Shown in pieces: positions 13,008 to 24,542 of a stretch of DNA of 64,000 nt (positions are counted from its first letter, which is position 1; the number at the start of each line of letters is the position of its first letter). The DNA is from Eledone cirrhosa (taxonomy: Eukaryota). A program made the translations under genes and the position numbers. The stretch is from NCBI GenBank assembly GCA_964016885.1, contig OZ024746.1, forward strand, positions 77,500,001-77,564,000, in the 5' to 3' direction. The notes beneath the pieces were generated by a model, which saw only the letters and a list, made by a program, of their open reading frames with translations, had not been told where the DNA came from and did no database searches.

Positions 13008-13816
13008 GTCTTTTGATAAAGTATCCAACTTTATTTTTTACTGTGGGAAGTAATGACGTTAGGGAGATTCGTGTGCAGAATAGAGGAGCTGCATTCATTC
13101 ATACACATGCTTGGTTTTTGGTAAACTCACTGAATGTGTCAGTCCCTGTCAGGCAGCCAGAGTGTAAAGTGGTGTACTACTTCTTACTCCACATATTTTC
13201 ATTTCATCTGTTGCTGCTTACAAGTCTCTTGTTTTTCCTGAATACTTGAAACATAGGTGTATGGGTATAACTCAAAAAACAAAGCTCAGTGGAAGCAGCC
13301 ACTGTTGTCTGTGCCCTCCTCCCCCTCCCAGCATGCCAGGTGCAGAGTAAAATCAAGCTGATTCAGAGTGTTTTTCTTTGTCTACCAAAGTACTGTGCAT
13401 CATGAATACACACCAGAAGGACCAGCAGTTTCAAAGAAATACTATGAGGAGGTCCTCTGACGTCATTGTGATACAGTTCAATGTAAGAGATTGTATCTGT
13501 GGATCTGGCAATAGTGGCAGCTGCACTATGACAACCTGGTTCATTCGATGCAGCTGATATAAGGTTTCATGGTAAAGAAAAGCATTTCACTCATTCACCA
13601 GCTTCCCTACTCTCCAGACATGCCTCCTTCTCATGTCTTTGAGAGCCATCCTGGAAGAGGCATTCTAGACATGATTTGAACAGTGGAAGGATAGCTGAGC
13701 TAAGTGTATGGCGGCAGAAGGGGGCCTACTTCAAAGGAGATGAACAATTGAATTCCATCAAGTGCACCAATTTTTTTCCTCCACCCTAACATTAAATACT
13801 TTTTCAACAAACCGTG
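13004..13816 (+). mobile_element. Decayed, internally deleted mariner transposon
   Basis: 13398-13635 reads HHEYTPEGPAVSKKYYEEVL*...WQLHYDNLVHS...LIHQLPYSPDMPP, matching mariner HHDNAPAH and YSPDLAP motifs; degenerate TIRs tgaggtcttttgataaagtat / atactttttcaacaaaccgtg with TA flanks. Confidence 0.82.
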
Positions 13817-14126
13817 TACTTGTGTGTATCGGCACACATACATGTATGCACACACATACATGTATGCACACACAGATATATATATACAGACACACATACA
13901 TATATACAGACACACATACATATATACAGACACACATACATATATACAGACATACATACATACACATATATATATATATATGTATGTATGTATGTGATGG
14001 AAGTAAGAGCCTGTTTATTCTGGTATATACACAACTAACTATATATCATCTGTTCCACAACATGTCACCTTAATGTAATATGTTTGTTTACATTCTCAAT
14101 ACATCATTTACATATTTTTTTTAGCT

Positions 14127-14162
<36 letters not shown>

Positions 14163-14238
14163 GTCGTCACTATAATCGTTACTTAGTTTAGTTTTCTCCT
14201 CATAGCTTGTTGTATAGTTATCCATGTATCGTGATATG

Positions 14239-14302
<64 letters not shown>

Positions 14303-14801
14303 AACATACAGAGTGTAAATAAATTAGTTGTCTTCCAGTTATATAATACTGTAAACAGAATCTTTAAAGGAGAGAGAGGACTCTTCTGTCTGGGTGAACA
14401 TATGTCAATCTCTCTAAAATACACCCAGTGCACTCTGTAAAGTGGTTAACATTAGGGTTAGGGCATCAAGAAGACACACCAAATATGAGATGTAAAAGTC
14501 AAGGCATCGTTCTCTAACGAGTTTGGCCTCAGATTTGTCCAACACATACCAGCATTGGAAGTGGATGTAAAAGGATAATCATCATAATCACCATCATCAA
14601 CAACTTGAGATCAGCTCTCACCACCTTTGCCCAGGTATTCCTTGGTCTACCTCTACCATGGGTCCTTCCACTGGGATTTTCTGGCACTTCTTCACTTAGC
14701 AATCATCATCCAAGCTCTGCCTTTCTCTCACATTTACATTGCACATCCAATGAAGCAAGCACCCCCCCCCCCCACACCCACACCCACACACACGCACACG
14801 C

Positions 14802-14843
<42 letters not shown>

Positions 14844-15265
14844 CTTTATTATGAATAGAAATGACTTCTACACAACTAAAACTGTTTCATTCATTTGAAA
14901 TTATGGTTTTATACAAATGAAATAGTTCTAGCCCTAAAGAAGTCATTTCTATATATAATAAAGATGCCTATACTCTACCAATGTATTGAGTACTTGCTTT
15001 AAATGTGGCTACCCCCCAGACACCCCTCGGGACCCCCCCCCACACACACATACACATATGATGTGTGTACCTTGTTTTTTTGAATAAGTACACTTAACTT
15101 TGAGTGTTGTAAGAGGTGACTAAAAAAGGTTGCTGTTAGGAAGGGCATCCAGCTGTAAAGCATCTTCTGATACCTTCCTGTCAAAACCCATGCCAGCATG
15201 GATCAGTGGAAGCAAAAATGATGATGATGATGATATATATTTGTTTATGTATGTATATGTGTTTG

Positions 15266-15296
<31 letters not shown>

Positions 15297-15989
15297 TTCT
15301 CTCTCTCTCTCTCTGTGAGTGTGTATGACGGCAATGCCACTCCCATCTTTTATCTCAGCCTTCCCCACCCATTGTCCTTCTAATCATAAATCTTATCTGA
15401 CATAAATCAATAGAACTTACTGAATCATTTATCAAATGAAAAATCATTTCTTTAATCACATTATAGACTTACTTATCACATCACCACCACCACTACCACC
15501 ACCACCATTTTTGTCATCATCTCCATGATAATCATTCTTGTTCTGGTATCTTTGTCTCCACCCTCCCCTTTTCTTCATCCCTTTTTCTCTTCATTATTGT
15601 TCTTCTTCATTGTCGACATCATCTACTTTGTCATCACTTCCTTGTTTCCTTTTTGTCTTCCTCCTCGTTATCTTTCCACATTCTCTGCCTTACCTTTCCT
15701 CATCGCCTTTTGTTTTGTTTCGTCAACATCATCTGTGTTATCTATTGTCTTGTTATCTACTCTGTCATCATCTTCTGAGCCGTCATTTTCTTTGTCATTC
15801 TCCAATTTGCCATCACTTTCATGTTCCCCCCTTTGTTTTCTTCATTGTCATCTCTTCTACATCCTTTATCCCCCGCCCCCTCCCCGTATCTACTGATCTG
15901 TTATCCACCAACCATAATTGTTGTCTATTTTTATCACAGCTTTCCTCTTTTTTGTCATCTGTTCTATGTTTGCCTTTTGACCTCCTGAA

Positions 15990-16780
15990 GGTGGTTGTTT
16001 CAGTGCCATGATAAAAATCACCCAGTCCACAATGTAAAATGGTTGGTGTTAGGAAGAGCATCCAGCCATCAGCCATAGAAGCCACACCAAAATATTGATC
16101 CGTATGAGCAAGACATGGTCTAACCTATGTAAATGTGGAAAATGAACATTAAACTATGATGATGATGTTTATAAGAGCTGAGGGCGCTCTTTACAGTTAG
16201 GTCTATGACCAACGACCTTTCTAGTGATGGTGCCTAGAAAATGCACCTGGTACTCTCCGTAAGGGTGATTGGTGATAGGAGGGGCACCCCACTGTAGAAA
16301 CCATGCATAAAAGGGTTGAGATAACCCTTTAGTTGTATCAAAGACACAACAGTCTCTATAGTGTTGGGGATTTGCACGATAAACACACCTAGTACATGCT
16401 GTAATAGGAAGGGCATCCAGCTATAGAAAGCTTGCCAAATAAAGGGTTTGGAGGACTCTTTAGTTGTGTCAAAGACATCACGGCCTCCCTAGTGCTGGTG
16501 ATCTACACAATAAAAGCACCCAGCACATACTGTAAAGTGGTTGGTATTAGGAAAGGTATCTATTTCTGGAAAGCTTGTCAAACAAGGGGTTTGGAGGACT
16601 CTTCAGTTTTTGTCAAAAGACATGACAATTTCTCTTCGGCACTCAATATGACCGTACGTAAACAGGATACAGACCTCTCAGCCTTTATGGGAGGTCAGTA
16701 GCCCCGCTCCAGTACTGACTTGGTCTATGTAGATCCATCTAACCCATGCTAACAGGGAAAGCGGATGTTAAATGATGGTG
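15990..16780 (+). mobile_element. Cluster of old SINE-B/RTE-tail related fragments
   Basis: Repeated modules aaaagcacccagcacatactgtaaagtggttggt.ttaggaagggcatccag and tails aacccatgctaacagggaaagcggatgttaaatgatg. Confidence 0.7.
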
Positions 16781-17159
16781 ATCTCCTTTGTCATTATTCT
16801 CCCTTTTCTCCTCATCACTTTCATGCTTCTCGTTTTCCTTCCTCGTCATCATCTCTCCCATGTTCTTTATTCTGTTTTTTTTTTTCTTTTCATCCTATAT
16901 TTTGTTATCACTCTTATTTTTGTCATCATTTACATTATCATCACCCTCGTCATTATCTCTTCCATGTTCTCTGACGTCTTCCTCTTGGCCATCTTCTTGT
17001 GATTGGTTTCGTAATAGCTGCACTTTTGTAGGTGTGTGCAGCTGCTCTTTTTGAATTAATCTAAATTATAGAATAGACAGTGATGGAAGAAGAAGAAGAA
17101 GAAGAAGAAGAAGATGAAGAAAAAATTGAGGTGTGTGGAGACAAAAGAAAAGATAGATA

Positions 17160-17309
17160 TATAAACGGATCAATAAATAAGTAGACAGATGGGTTACTGG
17201 ATGGATGGATGGATGGATGGATGGATAGATGGATGGATATGTAGATAAATAGATAGGTTGATAGGTAGATAGATATATAGATACTGAGGTAGACATATAG
17301 TTAGCTGGG

Positions 17310-17345
<36 letters not shown>

Positions 17346-17510
17346 GTGAGATAAATAGGTTGATAGATAGATATATAGATAATTATGTGGGTAGGTGGAT
17401 AGATAGATATGTTAATAGAATTGTTAGATATACGTAGGTAGGTAGATATATAGATATGGCTAGATAGAGAGATAGGTGAATAGATAGGCAGATGGATAGA
17501 GCGATATATA
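17160..17510. repeat. (GATA)n/(GGAT)n degenerate microsatellite
   Basis: Direct reading. Confidence 0.9.
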
Positions 17511-17526
17511 GATATGTAGAAATAAT

Positions 17527-17716
17527 TGTTTCTACTTTTTTGGCACAAGGCCAGCAATTATCACAGTGTATTACTGGTACTTTATTTTATCGACCCCCGT
17601 AAGGATAACAGGCAAAGTTAACCTCGGCGGGATTTGAACTCAGTCCGTAAAGGGACGTAACTATGCTACACAGCATGGCATCCGACCCTCTGCCGATTCT
17701 GCCAATCCATCGCCCA
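17527..17716 (-). mobile_element. SINE family A, full length with TSD
   Basis: TSD tag(a/g)tatgtagaaataat at 17509-17526 and 17717-17734. Confidence 0.92.
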
Positions 17717-18317
17717 TAGGTATGTAGAAATAATACAGAGAAATCAATGACATGAAAATAAACACAAAATATCTTTAATCACCTCTCTCCTTCCCTATCT
17801 CTCTTTATATATACATACATATATAAATATACATACATACATACATACATATGTATGACATCTCTTCATATTCTCTTTTGTACTAACACCCCCTCTCTCT
17901 CTCTCACACGCTTTATATTCCCTCTTCTATCAATACCCCCCCAACCTCCCTCACATTATTCTTAAATACATCCTCATTACTTTTCAGCAATGTTTGCTGT
18001 CTTTTCCTTTGTTGAGCATAAATTCCTCAAATGATTGTTACATTGTCACTACACACACACACACACACACACGCACACATGTACAGATGCATGTACACAT
18101 TCACATATGTACATATACACATGCATATATGTGCACATATATCAAAAACATATGAGCACATAAATGCACTTTCATGCACATACTTGCCTCCACTTTTACA
18201 ATAAATTGTTACATTATCCCACCGCCACCGCCACCACCACCACCACCACCACCACTACCACCACCACCACCACATGCTCATACATATTGACATCACCTTC
18301 ACAGTAAATTGTTACAT

Positions 18318-18720
18318 TCTACCATCACCACCACTACCACCACCACCACTACAAACCACAACTGCCAGCACCACCACCATCACAACTGCCACCACCACCA
18401 CCACCACCATCACAACTGCCACCACCACTACTACTACCACCACCACCACCACCACTACAAACCACAACTGCCTTCACTATCACCACCACCACCACCACCA
18501 CCACCACAAACCACAACTGCCACCACCACCACCATCACAACTGCCACCACCACTACTACCACCACCACCACCACCACTACAAACCACCACCACCATCACA
18601 ACTGCCACCACCACTACTACAACCATCACTGCCACCACCACCACCACCACCACCACCACTACAAACCACAACTGCTTTCACCACCACCACCACCACCACC
18701 ACCACCACCACCACCGCCAC
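18318..18720. repeat. (CAC)n-based higher-order repeat (acaaaccacaactgccaccacc units)
   Basis: Direct reading. Confidence 0.85.
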
Positions 18721-18852
18721 TGACATTAATCTCCCATTCACATTGCTTATGTCCTTTTTTCAGGGTAGGTTTGTGGCAGAGCTGGGATGTACACTACACT
18801 TGAGTGGAGTTTGTATGCATACACATATAGATATACATATAAAAAAACCTCG

Positions 18853-18883
<31 letters not shown>

Positions 18884-18945
18884 ATATATATATATATACA
18901 CACACATACAGAAAGGGAGAGATCACTCACACTGTGTGTATATAT

Positions 18946-18977
<32 letters not shown>

Positions 18978-19237
18978 CGATGATATTGAAGTGTACATAT
19001 ATATAGATATAAATTTGTGCACAGATATGTGTATGTTTGTGTGCATATGCTAATGTAAGTGCATGCATATCTGTATACACACACATACACATGCATATCT
19101 GTATACACACACATACACATGCATATCTGTATACACACACATACACAGTTTGTATGATTATCTCTGTCATTACAGCTGTTTTATCATTCCATTTCATATA
19201 TTTTCCTTCTCTTTTTTTTTATATTTCCTTAGTCTTT

Positions 19238-19450
19238 TTTTTTATAGCTTTTATTTAATTATTTTTACTTTTTATTTTTTTAAATCTTTTATTAAACTTT
19301 ATTTTCTATTTTTTTTTATCTTAAACTTCTTTTTTCCCCTATATATATATAGGGGAAAAAGAAGTTTAAGATAAAAAAATAGAAAATAAAGTTTAATAAA
19401 AGATTTTAAAAAATAAAAAGTAAAAATAATTAAATAAAAGGTATAAAAAA
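19238..19450. repeat. Long inverted repeat (~100-bp arms) centred on (TA)6
   Basis: 19238-19339 is the reverse complement of 19352-19450 apart from homopolymer-length differences and isolated mismatches. Confidence 0.92.
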
Positions 19451-19464
19451 TAATTAAATAAATG

Positions 19465-19533
<69 letters not shown>

Positions 19534-19883
19534 TCCCTATATATATATATATATTTTCCATTTTCTCCTGAGGATACAGATTATAAATTATTTACCTTTT
19601 CCAAAAGAACTAGATGTTGAAATTACACAAAAGAAAATAATTTGAATTTTATTTTATTTTCTACAATGTTTCTCTCCCTATCACACACACACTCTCTCTC
19701 TCCCCCCTCTCTCTCTCTGTCTCTCTCTCTCTCCCTATCACATTCTCTTTGTCTCTTTCTCTGTATCTCTCCCTATCACACACTTTCTCTCTCGCTCTCT
19801 CTTTTGTTTATATTGTATATTTTTATTTTTATTTTGCAATATTCTCATTATTCTCATTATTTTTATCATTATCTTTATTACTG

Positions 19884-19919
<36 letters not shown>

Positions 19920-20119
19920 CCCCACCACCACCACCATCAACTTTATTATTATTACTATCATTATTTTAAAAATAAAAAAATAAGAAATAAGGATAATAAT
20001 AATAATAATTATTATTATTATTATAGTTATTATTAATATTTGTTGTTGCTGTTTATCTTTTATTTAGCACTGTCTCCCCTATCTTCAGTTTAGTGTGTTT
20101 ATTAGGATCTAATCAATAT

Positions 20120-20835
20120 TATTATCTCTTGTCAGTTGTGGATAGTAGTGGTGGTGGTGTAGGGTGGTGTATGGTGTGGTGGTGGTGTGTAGGGTGGTGG
20201 TGGTGGTGGTGGTGTATGGTGGTGTATGGTGTGATGTATAGTGGTGTATGGTCGTGTATGGTGTGGTGGTGGTGTGTAGGTTGGTGTATGGTGTGGTGGT
20301 GGTGGTGGTGTATGGTGTTGTGGTGGTGGCGTATGGTGTGGTGGTGGTGTGTAGGGTGGCGTGTGGTGTGGTGGTGGTGTGTAGGGTGTGGTGGTGGTGG
20401 TGTATGGTGTGATGTATAGTGGTGTATGGTCATGTATGGTGTGGTGGTGGTGGTTTGTAGGGTGGTGTATGGTGTGGTCGTGGTGGTGGCGTATGGTGTG
20501 GTGGTGGTGTGTAGGGTGGTGTATGGTGTGGTGGTGGTGGTGGTGGTGGTGTATGGTGTGGTGGTGGTGGCGTATGGTGTGGTGGTGGTGTGTAGGGTGG
20601 CGTGTGGTGGTGGTGTATGGTGTGATGTATAGTGGTGTATGGTCATGTATGGTGTGGTGGTGGTGGTTTGTAGGGTGGTGTATGGTGTGGTCGTGGTGGT
20701 GTTTGGTGCAGTGATGTTGGTGGTGGTTTGTAGGGTGGTTATCTCTTGTCAGTTGTGGATAGTAGTAGTAGTGGTGGTGGTGTATGGTGTGGTGTACAGT
20801 GGTGTATGGTGTGGTGATGGTAGTGGTGGTGGATG
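20120..20835. repeat. GGT/GT-rich compound repeat with internal duplications
   Basis: Units ggtgtatggtgtggtggtggtgtgtagg; ttatctcttgtcagttgtggatagtagt is duplicated at ~20122 and ~20739. Confidence 0.85.
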
Positions 20836-21510
20836 GTCGTTGTGTAGGTTGTTTGAAGAAAGGGACTTGGTGGTGATGCTGTGAGAGGAGGTGATGTATG
20901 GGGGGGGGGGGGGGTGATTGTGGTGGTGGGTGGCGATGGTGGTGGTGCATGGTATGGGGGGGGGGGGGTTGATGGTAGTGGTGTGGAGGATATGGTGATG
21001 GTAGTGGGACATGGCTTTGTTCTTTGCTTGTATTTTTTCTCCAAACAATGTGTTAGAAGATAATTCCAACACACTACCTCCTCATACCAGCTCATACTAG
21101 CCTTTAGTCTGTCTGTCTGTCTCTCTAACATGTTTCCATTTCATATACCAATATGAAAAACTTTTTTCTTCTCTCGGAAGTAAAAGAATTATAAGAACAT
21201 ATCGGTATTTCTTCTTGGAACTTCTGATAAATGTTTACGACCTTGCTTTGTTTTTCCGTTTGTGGGGCGTGTATGTGGCAAGAGAATGGTGGTGATATCT
21301 TCCACCACATCACCATCTTCTGCTACATGTCTCAATATTTATATCTTTTGTTTGCATATGTGAGTGTGTGTGTGAGAGAGTGAGATAGAGAGGGATATGT
21401 GGTGATGGCAAGAGAGAGAGAGAGAGGGGGGGATATGTAGTGAGGGCAAGAGAGTATACAGGATGTGGGTGAAAGAGACAGTGTGAGAATTGTTGTGGTG
21501 AAAGGAATGT

Positions 21511-21572
<62 letters not shown>

Positions 21573-21972
21573 CAACCTTTAGCATGCTAGAAATTTTAAT
21601 GAATTGTATGCATTAAAGGGATATTACTCTATTAGTGACATAATGCACCTGTAGCGTTCAGAATGTTAAGTAAAACAAAAAATCAAAACTGAGTGGATAC
21701 AGAAAGGATGATTTTCCTCTTACTAGATTATATGTTTTGGATTCATCATCATCATCATAAACACCACCATAACCAGCACCATCATTATCTACATCTTTCT
21801 TTCGTTTTCCAAAATGGCATGGGTTGGATGTGTTGTCAAAGTCCGAGACTAGACACATCAGAAGTTCCATGGCTTCCTTATCTTCATCATCTTTTAACGG
21901 CCATTTCCCCCTGCTTTCATTTTGGTTTCTATATGGTTTCTATAGCTTTGAGCTCTTTTTAATGCCATCCAA

Positions 21973-23178
21973 TTTACAGGGTGTACTGGGGTCATTTTAT
22001 CATAGCACCAGCATTACCACTTTACAGGGTGTACTGGGGTCATTTTATCATAGTACCAGCATTACCATTTTACAGAGTGTACTGGGGTCATTTTATCATA
22101 GCACCAGCATTACCACTTTACAGGGTGTACTGGGGTCATTTTATCATAGCACCAACATTACCACTTTACAGGGTGTATTGGGGTCATTTTATCATAGCAC
22201 CAACATTACCACTTTACAGGGTGTACTGGGGATCATTTTATCATAGCACCAACATTACCACTTTATAGGGTGTACTGGGGTCATTTTATCATAGCACCAA
22301 CATTACCACTTTACAGGGTGTATTGGGGTCATTTTATCATAGCACCAATATTACCACTTTACAGAGTGTACTGGGGTCATTTTATCATAGCATCAACATT
22401 ACCACTTTACAGGGTGTACTGGGGTCATTTTATCATAGCACCAACATTACCACTTTACAGGGTGTACTGGGGGTCATTTTATCATAGCACCAACATTACC
22501 ACTTTACAGGGTGTACTGGGGTCATTTTATCATAGCACCAACATTACCACTTTACAGGGTGTACTGGGGTCATTTTATCATAGCACCAACATTACCACTT
22601 TACAGGGTGTACTGGGGTCATTTTATCATAGCACCAACATTACCACTTTACAGGGTGTACTGGGGGTCATTTTATCATAGCACCAACATTACCACTTTAC
22701 AGGGTGTACTGGGGTCATTTTATCATAGCACCAACATTACCACTTTACAGGGTGTACTGGGGTCATTTTATCATAGCACCAACATTACCACTTTACAGGG
22801 TGTACTGGGGGTCATTTTATCATAGCACCAACATTACCACTTTACAGGGTGTACTGGGGTCATTTTATCATAGCACCAACATTACCACTTTACAGGGTGT
22901 ACTGGGGTCATTTTATCATAGCACCAACATTACCACTTTACAGGGTGTACTGGGGTCATTTTATCATAGCACCAACATTACCACTTTACAGGGTGTACTG
23001 GGGTCATTTTATCATAGCACCAACATTACCACTTTACAGAGTGTACTGGGGTCATTTTATCATAGCACCAACATTACCACTTTACAGAGTGTACTGGGGT
23101 CATTTTATCATAGCACCAACATTACCACTTTACAGGGTGTACTGGGGGTCATTTTATCATAGCACCACTTTACAGAGG
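21973..23178. repeat. 48-bp minisatellite, ~25 tandem copies
   Basis: Unit tttacagggtgtactggggtcattttatcatagcaccaacattaccac; copies abut with no spacers; occasional +1 base in or next to the G-run. Confidence 0.97.
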
Positions 23179-23821
23179 ATGACTGGGTTGTGGCCAGGGT
23201 CCGGATATTCTTTTTTTTTTTTAGCTACCATAAATGATTGCACTCAATAATAAAGGCCCTGGTGAAATTTTCAGGCCGGAGCCCCATGCAAGCTCCTGGA
23301 TTGGGTGCATTTTATCATGGAATTGGTTGGCTTGGTAATGATGACAGAGATGTGCTTAACTCATATATTCACATTGAGTATTTCGTCTCACTTCTGTCTC
23401 TAATTCAGTTTATAGACAACTATATAATATCAAATACATTTTTTTCCTGTTTTTTTTTTTGTTGCTGTTGTATTTTTGGTCTCATTTAGAGCCTGTTGCA
23501 TTCTTACTAATTTCTCCATAGCGATATCCTTTACATCATATGATGTAAAGTAGGAAGATGAAATTACAGTTACTAATTAGGTTGCTCTCTAACTCATTAC
23601 AGTGATGAAAAAGCTGGTGTTAGTATAATTACCTAATTGATCCTGTAGTGTGTCTCTCTATATATATGTTGCAGTTGATAAGCATAGGGAAGAAACTAAT
23701 AATAACAATAATGCTGATTATATTATACCTCCCAGAATGACTGTATGCACACACATACACATATATACACTTACATATATACACTTAGATATATACATAT
23801 AGGCACACATCTATACATATA

Positions 23822-23960
23822 TGGTGAGAGCCAACCTCAAATCGCTGAGACTGACAGAAATGACAAAGGAATGTAACAAGTGCAGAGATGTTGTGCTGAA
23901 AAGGACCTGTCCAACCCATGCAAGCATGGAAAAACGGACGTGAAAACGATTATGATGGTG
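23822..23960 (+). mobile_element. RTE-clade LINE 3'-terminal fragment (related family, short tail)
   Basis: Reads VRANLKSLRLTEMTKECNKCRDVVLKRTCPTHASMEKRT*, resembling IKADLTQLHLSKAMTHDRDLWRHAVIQSTRP; tail ccaacccatgcaagcatggaaaaacggacgt. Confidence 0.7.
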
Positions 23961-24185
23961 TATATATACATATATATATATCTATATACACACCATCATA
24001 TATATATATATACACACACACACAAACACACATAGACACACATATCACCGTCCAGACTCATGCTAGCATGGAAGATGTACATTAAACGATGATGATGATG
24101 ATGATGATATACACATACACACACAAATATAAACATATATATATACACATGTATCTATGCATATATCTATATCTATCTATCTATC

Positions 24186-24225
<40 letters not shown>

Positions 24226-24542
24226 CGCAAATAGGTTTTATATATATATATACATGTATATATTACCGGTGTCAATTATTAATTGAAATACAGTTTTTCA
24301 TTAGAATATGGTAATGAAAGGATTAATTTTTAAAATAATAAGCCTTTGTGAAGAATGTTGTAAAATAACTAATCTTTTCATTGCAATGTTGTTGTTTGTA
24401 ACATAACAAAAAGATTATTGTATAAAATTACGAAAGGAACTTTAAATTTCAATATGAATTTGTTAAAATTGATATGTTTGTTCATTAAAACCTAGGGCAG
24501 TTTCAGGCAGGTTAGTAGTATCAAAAGTATTAATGGAATATT

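Noticed and set aside
21973-23178. CRISPR-like array or repeat-protein gene (LYRVYWGHFIIAPTLP)n
   Set aside because: Units abut with no unique spacers, no cas genes, eukaryotic context; recurrent +1 insertions break the frames.
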